A stretch of DNA of 64,000 nt from Gonapodya sp. JEL0774. Its lineage: Eukaryota. The stretch covers positions 1-64,000 of the forward strand of contig JADIIX010000105.1 in NCBI GenBank assembly GCA_027604505.1, written 5' to 3'. The notes beneath the pieces were generated by a model. That model was not told the origin of the DNA, made no database searches, and worked only from the letters and a program-made list of their open reading frames with translations. The position numbers and the translations under genes are program-made. Each line of letters begins with the position of its first letter. Position 1 is the first letter of the stretch. Below are positions 1-12,451 of the stretch, one piece after another.

Positions 1-2575
1 TTTCAAATCGAGCCTGCAACTTATTCCAACCCACCTGAACCCCGGTTTTCTTCCTCTCTTCTCCGTCCCACCTCTCCGGTACCACCCCAAACAGCCCGTC
101 CTCATCCTCTCCCTTCTTCCCCACAATTCTTCCGGTCGTGTATAAATGGTGCGCGACAAAATCACCAGGTAGGACACCGGCACGGGTGTGTGGAAGGATC
201 AGCGGGGTGGATTGAAGGACTTCTCGGTGGACAGTAGGGTGAGGGGGAAAGAGGCGCAGTGATTCGAGGATTCTGACATCGGAACGCCACGCCGCGTGAG
301 GTGCGACCATTCGCACAGCATTCGTGATGTTTGAAACAACAGAATGATTAGAGGTCACGTGCCTCCCCCGCTTTCTTTTCCCGAGCGCACAACTCACATA
401 TTCCTAGCCGTCTTGCTCTCTTTGGCAAATTTCTTCCCTTTGCCCTTTTCAGCATCCAGCTCTTTGTGTAACGCCACGGCCTGCTCTGGAGTCTTTGCGA
501 CACACCAGACGGACCACAGGGACGCATTGAGGAGTGGGGGATAGGCTGGCAAGTGCCAGTAGAAGGACGGGGTAGGCGGGAAGAATGTGTGGGGGATGGT
601 CGGGATCAGCAGCATCGAGCTGAGAAAGCAATAGATGTAGGGTGGTATTCCCAATCTTTTTGACTCCCGTGTTGGTCATGTACCTTCAAAGATAAAATTG
701 AATATGGCGTCCCGAGTATCGGCTTTCGTTGGAGGTGAACCGATCGCCAAGGTGTGGGCCTGGTGTGAGATAGACAACGGAGTGATGCAATGAGAAATAT
801 GAGTTACAATAATGTGGAGATAAGCGAAGCTGGGGATCGGAGAATGGAAAATGACAGAGAAGACAATCAAGGGTTCAAACGAACCCAAGTCTTTTCCAAC
901 ACACCTTGTACCACTCCCCTATCCACCCCACGCTCCCATCTTGAACCTTGTCATACTCCGCACCCAACGCCTCCTCTAACCACGCCTCCACCACTTTACA
1001 CTCCCTCTCTATGCGTCCACCTCGTCCGAAGCCCTTCCACCATGGTAGAATCTCCGCAGAGGGCCAGACACTCCAAAAGAGCGTGCGATGGTCTAGTTCA
1101 GCGCACAGGTTGGCAAGAGAGGTGAGTACAGGGTGGGACTCGGTGGTAAGGGGGTATCCCATTGCAGGGGACGGCTCAATAGGGGAGGTGCCGAGAGCAG
1201 CGCGGAGGGTGAGATCGAGAGTGACGCGGGTGAGGAGCGGGGCGAGGTCGAGAGTGTGGGGGTCCGGTGCGAGGTCTCCCGCTGCGGGGGCTGGGGTTGA
1301 CAGGAGTTGGGAGAAGGTGAGAGGTAAGTAGGGGACGAGGGTCGTTAGCGTGGTAGTGTAGTGAGATTTAAATTTCGGAGATGAAAGCGAGGCTGTCATT
1401 TTGGGGCATGTGGAAGGCGAGGTGGAGTTGATAAGTGAAAAGTATGTAGGATTAATGAATCACAATAGCCCAATTCCAGGTTTGCTCGCTGATGCTGCAG
1501 GTCCCACGCTGAAACAACCCCACCCTCATCCACGCTGCATATCCGACCCCGTGTCTCTATCTCGTCAGCAAAGCTCACCGTCCCATATCGCTCTCTTCCC
1601 TTCCCATTCCTTCCCATTCACGTTGGCCAGACCGCGTCCGTACACCCTCTCGCATGCCCGTATGTACCAATTTGGTTTCCCGAGCGCGGTAGCATCTTCG
1701 AGAACGCGAGATAAGTCAGTTTGAGAAGTAGTGAAGAAGAGTTGGTGGAAGGGGAGGGTCAGCCTAAAGGTGGGAACGTGAGAAGCTGGGAAAGGTCGTG
1801 GATGCAATAAAGGGAGATTTAAATAACAAGTCACGGGTGTGGGAATATGTACATTATAGAATTGCGTCGCTTAATGTCGTTTCTTACCGAGTTTTAGAGT
1901 GGAGAAGAGGAGATAGTCATGGACGCTGCGGTGCACGAGTTAGAGGACGGGAGAGCGTCCACCACAAAAGTGAGTACGCCAGATACGAAAAGCGCAATAC
2001 GGAAGAAAGTCATAAACATGTGGGGCCACGGGGGATGGGAAGAAGAGATAAGGCGACACGAGTTCCCATGGTTCATGACCTCGTCAGCGCGCACTCGCTG
2101 AGCCCAATTAATTTCGGAGACTTGGTTTGCCAATTGCTCACTTATAATTGAGGGGCTTTCAAGCATTCCATTTTCCACATTACTTGCAAGGACACCGACG
2201 TTCAAAACACTGTCAGAAGTGGATTTGTGCATCCCAGTCAGACGCAACGCTCCACATCCTGGAATCCATTCGATAGTTCACGTATTCATGCCATCGTGGG
2301 CTTTATCCCATCTCAAATTCTTGTCGCTACTCTCGCAAAACTCACTCGTCTTCACCCAACCTCCAGGCATTCCCCCAGACACCGGACCCTTCTGCCGTTC
2401 GGATTTTCCCACCACGGCCACCTTCTTCAGTGCCAGCCGAGGTAAATAAACCTCTGTCTGGATACGCGAGCACGAGTAGTCCGATTGTCCAGCCTAAAAT
2501 GATGAGAACCACGAGCGGAAGCGGTGTGGTGGTGACAAAATCGACAAGAGTGTCAGGAATGACGAAAAAATCCAT
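1..2575 (-). CDS. Cytochrome P450 (multi-exon; 3' end with heme-Cys motif lies beyond the window start)
   Basis: Spliced minus-strand translation gives an N-terminal TM anchor (LPLVVLIILGWTIGLLVLAYPDR), C-helix region RVYGRGLANVNGKEWEGKR, E-helix LLTRVTLDLTLRAALG, I-helix RDAIFNFIF, K-helix ExxR (ILESLRLFPP, ~241-270) and PERW (~68-80). Exon structure between 1720 and 2345 is uncertain. Confidence 0.9.
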
Positions 2576-2949
2576 CGTGACTGGTGGGGGACGGGCTCGC
2601 TTAGAGAGAAAACTATAATTGGGTTTCACATGAACGTCGGGAACATGAATCACCATAAGTACAAACCAACAGCAATGATAAAATTCTTTTTGCATTATGC
2701 TTCATCAGATCGACCAACATGTTCGTATCTTGAGGTTGCAATCACCGTTCAAGGGCTTTCTGCACATATTCATGAATGTAAACTCATTCACTTTCTATTA
2801 CATAATCTCGCTTCCTTGTGGTTTTTGGCAGTGGAGTTGAGCTGTTGTTTTATTTATGTACTGTGACGATGAAGGATGAGGGAGGTTGAGGGTGTGCACG
2901 TGCTTCTGCAGCCAACCAACAAAGGCCTTATTGTTGCCCGGTCACCCAA

Positions 2950-3852
2950 ATGTCAGTTCCAGTCGCCTCCCCACCCAACATCGAACTGGCAGCGCGAGCT
3001 GTGTCTGGGCCCGCCACATCCAATAAAGACAGGCTCGGTTGGTTTGCAGCGGCATTTGGGGGTAAGGTAGAGCGACCGGGCAAGCCGGGCAAAAAGACTG
3101 GTAGAATCGAGCCGAAAGTCTTTTTTGCAAATGAGAGAACTTTTCTGACTTGGCTGCGGTTTGTGAGTATGCGAACCCATTTCAAGCTGGGCTGGTCTTT
3201 CAATTGATGAGGATACATTGTTGCATTGCGAGGGGACGATTCACCAGAGCCTGATTGCATGGGGAGGCAGTTGTTGGCATCATTGATCCCCCTGGCATTG
3301 TGTCTTTTTGGTGCTCCTGTCCATTTTGGACAATGAAGTTCTTTCAAGTAGCGAGACAAGGACGCATTCCCTCCTAGGGAACCAGCGGCGGCATTGAACT
3401 TGGACATTTTTCTCTGCGTGACGAGAGTATTGAAAAAGCTCGGAAAGCACTCGTCACGAAATTCCCGTTAACCGTGTTCGGCCACCTGGCAACCGTTCAC
3501 AGGGCATCCTCATTGGCGCGTTCTCGCTCGCCCTCCTCAACTTCGCTGACGATCGCATAGGGCAAATTGGAGGTAAATGTCCCCCTCCGAACCTTCCTAT
3601 CCCTCCCTCCCCTCCTTATCACATTCGCTAATGAATTCAATCATCGACTTATTGCACAAAAAAGGCACCATCCTCACTTTCGCCTCCATCTCGATCCTGA
3701 TCTACTCCCTTTACCTTTTTCGCACCCGCAACTCCATGCTCCGCCAAAAAATTGCAGGGCCGTACGAGGCGGAATATGGACCCATCATCATGGTCGCCGT
3801 TTTGTCGACTGCAGTCATGGTCAATTTCGGAATGAGATGGAAGCAAGTGTGA
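2950..3852 (+). CDS. VTC1: Vacuolar transporter chaperone Vtc1 (DUF202), 3 exons
   Basis: [20 protein letters not shown], then [14 protein letters not shown], and GPYEAEYGP followed by the last TM segment. Introns at 3163-3502 and ~3573-3664. Confidence 0.92.
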
Positions 3853-4817
3853 GCATTAGAGTCGGGAGAACTGAATTTGTCCCCAGGAAATGCAAGGTGC
3901 ACAATCTCGGTATGGGTTGGTTTTCGCATTTGGAGGTGCGCAGTTGGTGGTGAATCCACTGCCTACAATTTGTCTGAATTTGGGTGTGAACTTTTGTGGC
4001 CACTTTCACGTTGATTATACCCATCGCATATTCTCTTAGAGCATATTATATATTTTCGCCTAGACTTTGACAAAAGCACAACTATAATAGTCTCATGTAA
4101 TAGGGAGAGGGAGAGAAATGGAAAATATGATGTTCGGTGTTTGCAGAACATCAGACCTACGTATGCTGTTCTGCGACGAATCAGATCAAATTTGCTGGCT
4201 TGTGGTGAAGATTATTTGTTGCCATATTGTTATCAATGCTACCAATTTTCAACCAATTGAACTGATTACAATGTACGGTGTTCGACCAAAGACTGAATGC
4301 ATAGCTAGCGACATAAAACAACTATGTACGAACCATGCGATAACACGTGTAAGATGCATGCTGGACTCACGGGATCAATGCAAGGGGTCGAACTTCTCGT
4401 TCTTCGTGTCTCACACAGCGATTCGCGTCACCTCGTGCGTCCCCTAGCCTGGTGACTGCCATGAATGGTTCGTCTTTATTGCCTCTCTTCTCCTCGCTTT
4501 TGCTCTTTTCCAGGATCTTGTTTGCTTTGAGCTTTGTCCCTCAGCCGTGTGGCGAATTCAGAGCTGTCACCTTTCTCGAAGTATGATCGTGAGCTATAAG
4601 AGGGGACATTTGACTAGTTCACTTGAGTAAAAGTAAACAGAACTGGTGGAACATTAGTCGCGAGATGCATTACCAGGGACGCAATTTGAGTAGAACTGTA
4701 CAGCCACTCCGTTTGGCTTCCGATCAGAGCCACAGAACTTTGTGATGAGGCAGAGTTTGGCTGCCTCCCCCAAGGCATCGCAAATCTTCCCCCAACTATT
4801 CAAGAGGAATCAGAGCA

Positions 4818-7310
4818 ATGACATCCTCAACTACACAAGTCCGCCTCACCGGTACGGATCCTGTCTCCTCCAACCCCTCGAGCAAAATGTTGGGTACCCC
4901 ACCGTTCGGCAGAGATACTGCTCCAAGAGATGTGTCTCGCGAGAGTACTCAAGCCGCACCGAAAGTGATACCAAAAGGAAAAGGAAGCATCCACCTGAGG
5001 GCTGTTATCCTCTTGCTTGTGTTTGCTAAGTGGGTGCATCTTGAAAGATGTACCATTTGGAGACAGCCATCAAACCCAAAATACCAGTGTCATCGTTCTA
5101 GCTGTCATCACTGTTACTATCGGGAGTATCACAAACTCTAATTCCATATCTAGTGCTTTGGCTCAATGTGGGTGGTCGTTTCTCGAGTTGAGCGAGTGAT
5201 ACTATGCCTGATCGTCCCCGCAGCGTCGAACAGCATCGCAACTCTGGCAAAGGGAAGACAATCAGATTCGAGCAAGCTGATTGCTGACGCATTGGGTAAT
5301 TTACTTGACGATTTCAGTCCGAGTTCGATGCGCCCACCTGATCGACCCTGCCCTTCCCCGTGTTTGATGCCTCAAGACCAATTCTTAAATTCGGTATGTG
5401 TACCTTTGATCCTCCGCCCTTGCCAGTTTTACACTCTCACTTGCTTCTCACTTTCAGGCGACTGATTTCCTTTACGCGGTTTCCGGAGGATTCTCTACGG
5501 GAGCAGTAAGCCTACAGAATCTCGATGCTTTTGTTTTCTTTCTCAAGACCACTTTTGATACAGTTGGGCTTAAAGGTGAATGTGACAGTTTGCTCCGGAA
5601 ACTTGAAACACGGATCTCTCAACTATCTCCTTGCAGACCGCATCAAAGCCTGCAGTATTCAATCTTTCACCCCCAGTATTCTTGTGGGGCTTGGATTCGT
5701 CCATGAGTTTGGTCGGGCCGATTATGTCTGGCAATCTGGCGGGGTCAACGTCTCTTCCTGTCCCAAGACATGCCCGACAAACGTCAGCGCAGGGCTTGAC
5801 GTATACATGTGGAATGACACGCTAAGAGGAAACGGAAGTTTTGTGTATAGTGTAAGAGCTTTTATTGCTTTTCCGCAGTGAAGGTACATGATCTTGGCCA
5901 ACTAATATCGGTCCACCATCCACAGGTCCCGATCCCTCCGCCAACATCCATCACGGCACCCCCAGCATCTACTATGCCCCAAAATCAAGTAATTTTTGAG
6001 GCTCCGTCGGTGGCTATTGGTCAGATTCTCCAAGTTATGTCGATGGGCCTGTACAACCCTGCAGGAACACTCGTTGGTGCAGTTTATGAACGTTTTACGG
6101 TGCAAGATCTGTAAGATGGTCCATTTCTTCTCCAAGAAATGCATTTGACCCTTACTGGTTGATTTGGGGCCTTAGGTGCGCTGTGCTGGACAAGGTCAAG
6201 AACTCTTCCACACCCAATTCTCTCTTCTACATCCTTGGACCTGATGCCCGCGTAATCGCCATGTCTAATTTGGGAACTTGGGACCAGCAGCAGACAGCTC
6301 TGACCAAACTCGTCGACCCAGTGACTCAGAATTACGTGCTTAAGACAATATGGGAGTTCCCCAAGAGCAACTATACCCTTTTCAACATATCAGCCGATGC
6401 CATATACTCGTATGCTGGGAAGAACTTAAGCTCGCCCTTTGCGGACTCGGCGTTCTACGTTGATGATTATCTCTTCCAAGTGACCTCGTTCACTTTTATC
6501 GGCTTCAAGTGAGTCGAGCCATTCTGCAGGTGATGGTGCACCGCACCGCACTGCTCTCTGCTCGTTCTTAACCTCACCCTTTGGTGAATAGGTACATCAT
6601 TGTCTCTGGCGCACCTGCCGCAGACTACCTTGGCGACACCATTGCACTCGCCAGCAACCTTAGTGCGACTGGTCGGACGGCACAGATCATCATGATTGTG
6701 TCTGGTAAGTCCCAACACGGCAACAGTTCTTTGCGGGCATCTACTGACAAATCGCCGTATTTCTCGGATTCGTACCTTGTGTATATATGTTCTTATGTTC
6801 TTCCAGCTTGCGTAGTGGCCGTAGTGATGGGCCTCATTTCAATCACCATCACGACGCTGTACGTTGATCGACCTCTTGCAGCTATACTTGTCGCAATGGA
6901 GAAGGCGGTCAAGGTGGGTTCCGCGCAAACCTGAGTTTCAAGTTTCAATTGCATGCTGACGCGCGTTAACTCCCTTGACGACTCCGTGTTTGCGCCATGA
7001 AGTTCGACTTCTCCAGCATTCGCGACGGCAGCATGAAGCGTGCCTCTGCCATCAAGGAGATCAATTCAACACAATCAAGTTTCTTGAGCATGCTCCAAGT
7101 GTTCGCGGACGCGCTTAAGCGTGAGTAATTCAACCAACGACTTAAGGCCTCGAGATTCTCTTCACTTTTCTCTCAATTGAGATTTTGATCTGCTCGTTCA
7201 ACACCTTAGAAAACAAGAACCTCGTCCAGGGCAAGTCTGGATCAAAGAGCGTCAGCGAAAGTGGTGGTGCGGGCTTAGAGTCTTTTTCGATGAGCAAGAG
7301 CGGTTTTTGA
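4818..7310 (+). CDS. Two-TM membrane sensor: extracellular Cache-like domain plus HAMP, no catalytic output domain
   Basis: TM1 IHLRAVILLLVFA..IVLAVITVTI; large extracellular region; TM2; HAMP RPLAAILVAMEKAVK|FDFSSI..IKEINSTQSSFLSML; short Ser/Gly tail ending at TGA 7308-7310. Confidence 0.75.
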
Positions 7311-7583
7311 AAAAGGAGAAGGATAATTTGTTTGGTGGAAGAATGACTTTCAGAACACTGGTGTTCCTAAGTCGCTAAAAGGCGGGGTAATATTCTGCAA
7401 GACTTGAGTCTTCAATTCCATTCCTAACTATAATCAGTATCACTGTATTTTAACCAAAAAAATAATTGCGAGCCCGAAGCATTTAGTTTATGCGTGAGAG
7501 TTGAAAGTGGAACCCTTTAGTTTCTGTGGGTGAGCACCTCAGACTGGGAAGGCCACTGCCCAAATCGCACCTTGTACGCCCTG

Positions 7584-8393
7584 ATGGGAATGTCAAAGCC
7601 CAAACGACGAACGATCAGGTCTCACTGCTCTCTTGCCCTTTCCTCGTCTACCCCGGACGACACCAATACGACTGACCTCGAGACAATCCTTGCGCACGTC
7701 TCGTCATCATCCGACTTCTCCAGAGATGCCGATGGCAAGGATCCCCAAGATGAAATGAACCAACCGCAAGATGAGGACTTCGCGCAATTGCTGGAGCTTG
7801 AATACGGAATCACGGCACCGGGGAGAGGGAGCGGGAGCGGGACGGCGGGGCAACCGCGCGAGGAGTTTACCGCTCTTGAGGGCGAGATAGATTTGGAAGA
7901 ACGGCTTGCTTTGGAGATTAATAGTGCTTCTGAAAATGCGGTGGATCAAGACTCCGAAGACGGGCTCGATGACATTCCCCCTTGTCAGTGCCAAGAAGGG
8001 GATGAAGGACCACTCGAGGGAGATGACACGGATGCTTCTCAAGCTCGTCTTATTGATTTCAATACCCCATTCGACGATACGGTCGCGGCTCCCTTAACTC
8101 CCATGTCCTCAAAGAGCGATATTGAGTTCGAGACCGTTGAACCACCCTCCGCTCCGGAATGGCTGCTGTCTGACCGCGAGCTTATCCGTCACTTACAAAT
8201 GGAGTATGGGGCATACGTGCCTGAAGAGGGTACTCAGGGTGAGAACGGAGGCGGGGAAGATTTTCAAAGTCCAAGTGAAGATGGTTTGGAAGAACTGGTT
8301 TCTACAGGAAGAACTGGTAACGAAGAAAACCTGAATACCTGGACTGACTTTTCGCGAGAAAGTGGCCATCGCCGGTTGCGCAGCAGAATTTAG
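7584..8393 (+). CDS. Hypothetical acidic, probably disordered protein
   Basis: Uninterrupted ~270-codon Asp/Glu-rich ORF with an internal repeated motif (LELEYG / LQMEYG). No family recognised. Confidence 0.55.
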   Translation: MGMSKPKRRTIRSHCSLALSSSTPDDTNTTDLETILAHVSSSSDFSRDADGKDPQDEMNQPQDEDFAQLLELEYGITAPGRGSGSGTAGQPREEFTALEGEIDLEERLALEINSASENAVDQDSEDGLDDIPPCQCQEGDEGPLEGDDTDASQARLIDFNTPFDDTVAAPLTPMSSKSDIEFETVEPPSAPEWLLSDRELIRHLQMEYGAYVPEEGTQGENGGGEDFQSPSEDGLEELVSTGRTGNEENLNTWTDFSRESGHRRLRSRI

Positions 8394-8552
8394 TATCAAA
8401 CGCATTTTGAATACAACGTACGTTCGTGTGCCATTGAAAGCTCGCGTTCTCATCCACTGTGAATCTAACATCGGCAAAGAAAGAGGTTGTGCCGGAGAGC
8501 TCGAGTTTATGATTGTTTTTCATCTCGAGGATGCTGAAATGATCGGTCCCCA

Positions 8553-9936
8553 ATGGCTGACAAGCCCCTTGTCCTGGTTGAAAAGATCAACGGACACGTG
8601 ACAATTATCACCATCAATCGTCCCGGTAAGTCAAGTGCCTGCTGGCGCGGTGTTCCCCATCAATGTCCTGGCGATCGCGATCGGGCATCGGATGTCAAGC
8701 AAGCCGAAAGCATCAATCTGCCTACTCGCACTAATCGTATTGCTGGCATATATAATGTAGAGGTGAAGAATTGCGTCGATGGACCTACCGCAAAGGCATT
8801 AGCGGACGCTTTCAGGGCGTTCGACGCAGATAAGGATGTGAGCTCTTCGTTTGTCAGTTAGGGCCAGCTTTTTTTACAGGCACTGTTCTTTAACGTCATT
8901 TGTCTTTTGTTTCAATTCTATTTTCACCCCGATAAGGCTTATGTGGCGGTCTTGCAAGGAGCGGGAGGATGCTTTTGTGGTGAATATTACATTGACATCG
9001 TTCCCAATTAATAGACAATTAACTGGATTTCCTTTTCGCATACCGCCATTTTCGATACCACACCACGCTACTTCGCAAGCTGGCGCGGACCTACGTGCTC
9101 TCTCCACGCCCAACCGCAACCAAGTGTCTCTCGACCACTCTCACGACGGCCCCATGGGACCCACCCGCATGCACCTCTCCAAGCCTGTCATCGCCTCTGT
9201 GGAGGGCTACGCCGTCGCGGGCGGCCTGGAGTTGGCCGTGTGGTGTGATCTGAGAGTCGCCGCGGAGGATGCGGTGTTTGGCGTGTTTTGTAGGTCCAAG
9301 GGAGTGCCGCTGATTGATGGAGGTGAGGAGAGGTTTTGCAGGACGGTCAGAGAAGTTTTTGGTGTCGTTCAATTTCGAGCACGGACCTTCGTCCAGGTAC
9401 AATCCGTTTACCCCGGCTTGTGGGGCAAAGTTTCGCCCTCGACATGATCCTCACCGGGTACGTGTCCACCTCGCTGTTAATCGTGATACCGGGGCAGCTG
9501 TGCATCACAGACAGTCTGAGAACCTCGATCCCTCCTCTTGCCTTCCACCCCCGTATTTCCCAGACGCCCTGTCTCCGCTACTGAAGGCTTCCACCACGGA
9601 CTGGTCAACCGTCTCTCACCCGCGACCACGTCCACTCTGTCCACGTCGATCGAGCTCGCACGACAAATCGCCTCCCACCCGCAAGTCTGCCTCCGTAATG
9701 ACAGAACGAGTGTGTACAGTGGATTCGGGAACTCGGTGGAGGAAGCATTGAAGATTGAAGTGCAGTTGGGTATGGGAAGTCTTGCGAGCAGTGAACTGCA
9801 GGACGCAGTAAAAAGCTTTTTCGGAGAAAAGAAGAAGGGGGAGGTATGGGGAGTTGAGAATAGAACAGCTACCGGGTTGAAGGAGATGGGATCTGGGAAG
9901 GCACTTGGAGGAACAGGGAAAGGGATGAAGCTGTGA
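8553..9936 (+). CDS. Enoyl-CoA hydratase/isomerase (crotonase family)
   Basis: [77 protein letters not shown]. Confidence 0.93.
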
Positions 9937-10089
9937 TCGTCACAAATTCATAATGTTTTAAATGAGAATCTGAGGTCACCTCCCAGAAGTTGAACACTTG
10001 AAAATGATTTTGTTCGCTAATGCTTTGCTTGGGGTTTACATGAATTATGCAATCGCAGGGCTGATCGTGTACACAAGCTCTCTCTCGTT

Positions 10090-11021
10090 TCACCACCGCC
10101 CATGCCTGGAACAGAAGCGACGATGGTTTTCACTGCAGCAGTGATAACACATTCCATTGACACACTCCACGGCTGCAGTATTCCCACACGGGCACTCCAG
10201 ATCATTCCAGTCGCTACTACTTTCGTTGCTCCAATCCCCTTCCTCACAGCCCCACCTATTTCCACCTCCTTGACGTCGCTTTGGTGGAGGCGGAGTTTTT
10301 GGTACGGGTGGCTTGCAAACTTTGCAAACTCGGACTATCTCCCCCGTTATCTTGATCTTAGCAGGGGTCATGGACCGGGAGAGGCAAAGGCTCTTGCAGT
10401 TCCAGCAAATGCGGCCGAGAAGTGGTAAGACGACTGACATCCAGGTTCTGCGCACATATGAACGAAGAGCAATGCTTTGATGCAAAGGATCGAACAGACA
10501 ATTGCGCTGAACCTACTTGTACTTTATTGCCCTGGGCTTCGGCGGTTTCACGAGGGCCTTTTCTCCAACTTTACGCCACGTTGGGTGGGAATCCAAGATC
10601 TCATACCTCATTTGCATATCGAAAGTCACCATGTCATCTGGTGTCGATGCAGATCGCAACGGGAGGCTCACCATTTTGTCGAGACCAGCATCAGTGAAAC
10701 CAGATGCTTCGGATTCACGAACAAGAACCTGAACAGGCATGCGTAAGGAAAGCATTGATGTAACATATAATGACAACAAGAGCTCAATCACCTTGCAATC
10801 CGGTGTCCAACTTCGGAAGGAAGTCGATCAAACTCTGGCGATGCCACGGCGAGAGCTTCCTGTAGAGGTTTCCCAGACTTGGCAGCACGCACCTTTTTTA
10901 GAGATGCGTGCTTTGGGCTTGACCCGATAAGAGAAGTGACCTGCTTGTCAGGTTCAGCCTGGTCCTTATCCACTTCAACTGGATTCTGAGGGCTTCCACG
11001 CTCCGTGACTGCTGTCAGCAT
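10090..11021 (-). CDS. F-box protein with CxxC pairs and C-terminal Cys/His zinc ribbon (paralog A)
   Basis: FDRLPSEVGHRIAR|FLFVNPKHLVSLMLVSTKW; TWMSVVLPLLGRICWNC; VCKVC; CPCGNTAAVECVNGMCYHCCSENHRRFCSRH. Confidence 0.75.
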
Positions 11022-11304
11022 GGTAAGGCGGGGCTTCAGCTTTGTGTGGAGCTTAGTGAAGCAGAGAAGCTGATGCGGTTTTGTGGCGAATTGGAGAGAG
11101 TGACAGTTTTCGCACGGGGACTAACAATATGACCAACCCGTGCCTGCATTCAAACAAAATTCGTAGGATACTGCAGAATTGGATTCAGATTTCTGAGCAC
11201 GGACACCCTTATCTCAAGTTCAAGTTTCACCGTCCTTCACGGGTTTCGTTCCACGCTCGATTGATCGAAATCGATAACATTATTCAGTCTTCTCGACCTG
11301 GGCC

Positions 11305-12126
11305 ATGACCCCACGGAAGCGAATGCCAACGTTTAACACCATTCCATCGGAGCTTGCGTCCAGGATTATCAGGTGAGCGTGTTGGAATCGCCCAATGTGT
11401 GTGTCTCTCCTTCACGGAACGCTCTCGGCGCTACAGCTTCATGTTCTCTAATCCACATAACCTCAAGTCACTCTTACTTGTTAGCAAGCAATGGTGAGAT
11501 TTTTCGAGCTCTTTGCATCGCCTATCGGGAATCGAAGGTGTGAACGCAGTAGGAAAGTCAAACGCAACCTCGCTGACGACAACATGGATTTTCAAGGTTC
11601 ACTCTCGTGGAATCACACGTGACTTGGGAGTTAGTGGCGAAAAAGCTTGGATTGAGCAATGTCACCCGGAGTGGCCGAGTCCGGTGAGTTTTGGAACGAT
11701 ATGTTCTCCTCATATCCACACTCACCGGTAATTTGAAAACTTACCGATTGCAGCACCTGGATGTCAGCCGTTTTGCTGCGCCTTACACGACTCTGTTGGA
11801 ACTGCCTCACTCTGCAACTCCCCGGAGTCTTCCTTCTTGTGGACCGTCCTGTCCGTCTTTCCACCCACGAGATCCTGCCCGTTTGCAAGGCGTGCTTTGA
11901 AAAAGTTCGCTATTCTCATACAATTACTAGACCCTCTGCTGACTTGGCGACCCCGGGCTTGGCAGATGATTACTCGAATGACGGTGCGTGGTGTACGGAT
12001 GGGGTGCTTTGCAGTGGTTGCTCAAAGAGCCAGGCTGGCGCCGGATGCGCATACAGAATGTGTAAGAGGTGTTGTCCTGGAAAGAGAGGAGGCGGCAAGA
12101 GAACCTGTTGGAAGCACTTTAAATGA
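11305..12126 (+). CDS. F-box protein with CxxC pairs and C-terminal Cys/His zinc ribbon (paralog B)
   Basis: FNTIPSELASRIIS|FMFSNPHNLKSLLLVSKQW; TWMSAVLLRLTRLCWNC; VCKAC; CSGCSKSQAGAGCAYRMCKRCC..CWKH. Three phase-consistent introns. Confidence 0.8.
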
Positions 12127-12451
12127 AGATCATTCGCCGAATCATTAAAAAGGTTGGCGTATGATATTTACATACTTGATTATGTAAGATCGTGTAGTAG
12201 GCAATCAGATAATACTCCCATAAAGTGGAGATCGGTGAGAACTGACTAGAAGAACGCATCGGTTCTCAATCCAACTTTGAAAACAAGCGGCGCACCCAGC
12301 TTCTTGCATGAACAGAATCAAATACTCTTATTCATGCTTTTGCCCTAATATTGTGGTGAGTGGACCGGATTCACTGGTGCGGAGGTTTATTCCGAAGTTG
12401 TTCCGATATAAAGCACAACCAACCTTGGATCACGCTTTTCAGAAATTTGAC

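Noticed and set aside
3201..3257. Minimal C/D snoRNA (TGATGA...CTGA) in the VTC1 intron
   Set aside because: Only ~50 nt, no C'/D' boxes and no rRNA guide identified. It is better treated as part of the larger intron structure.
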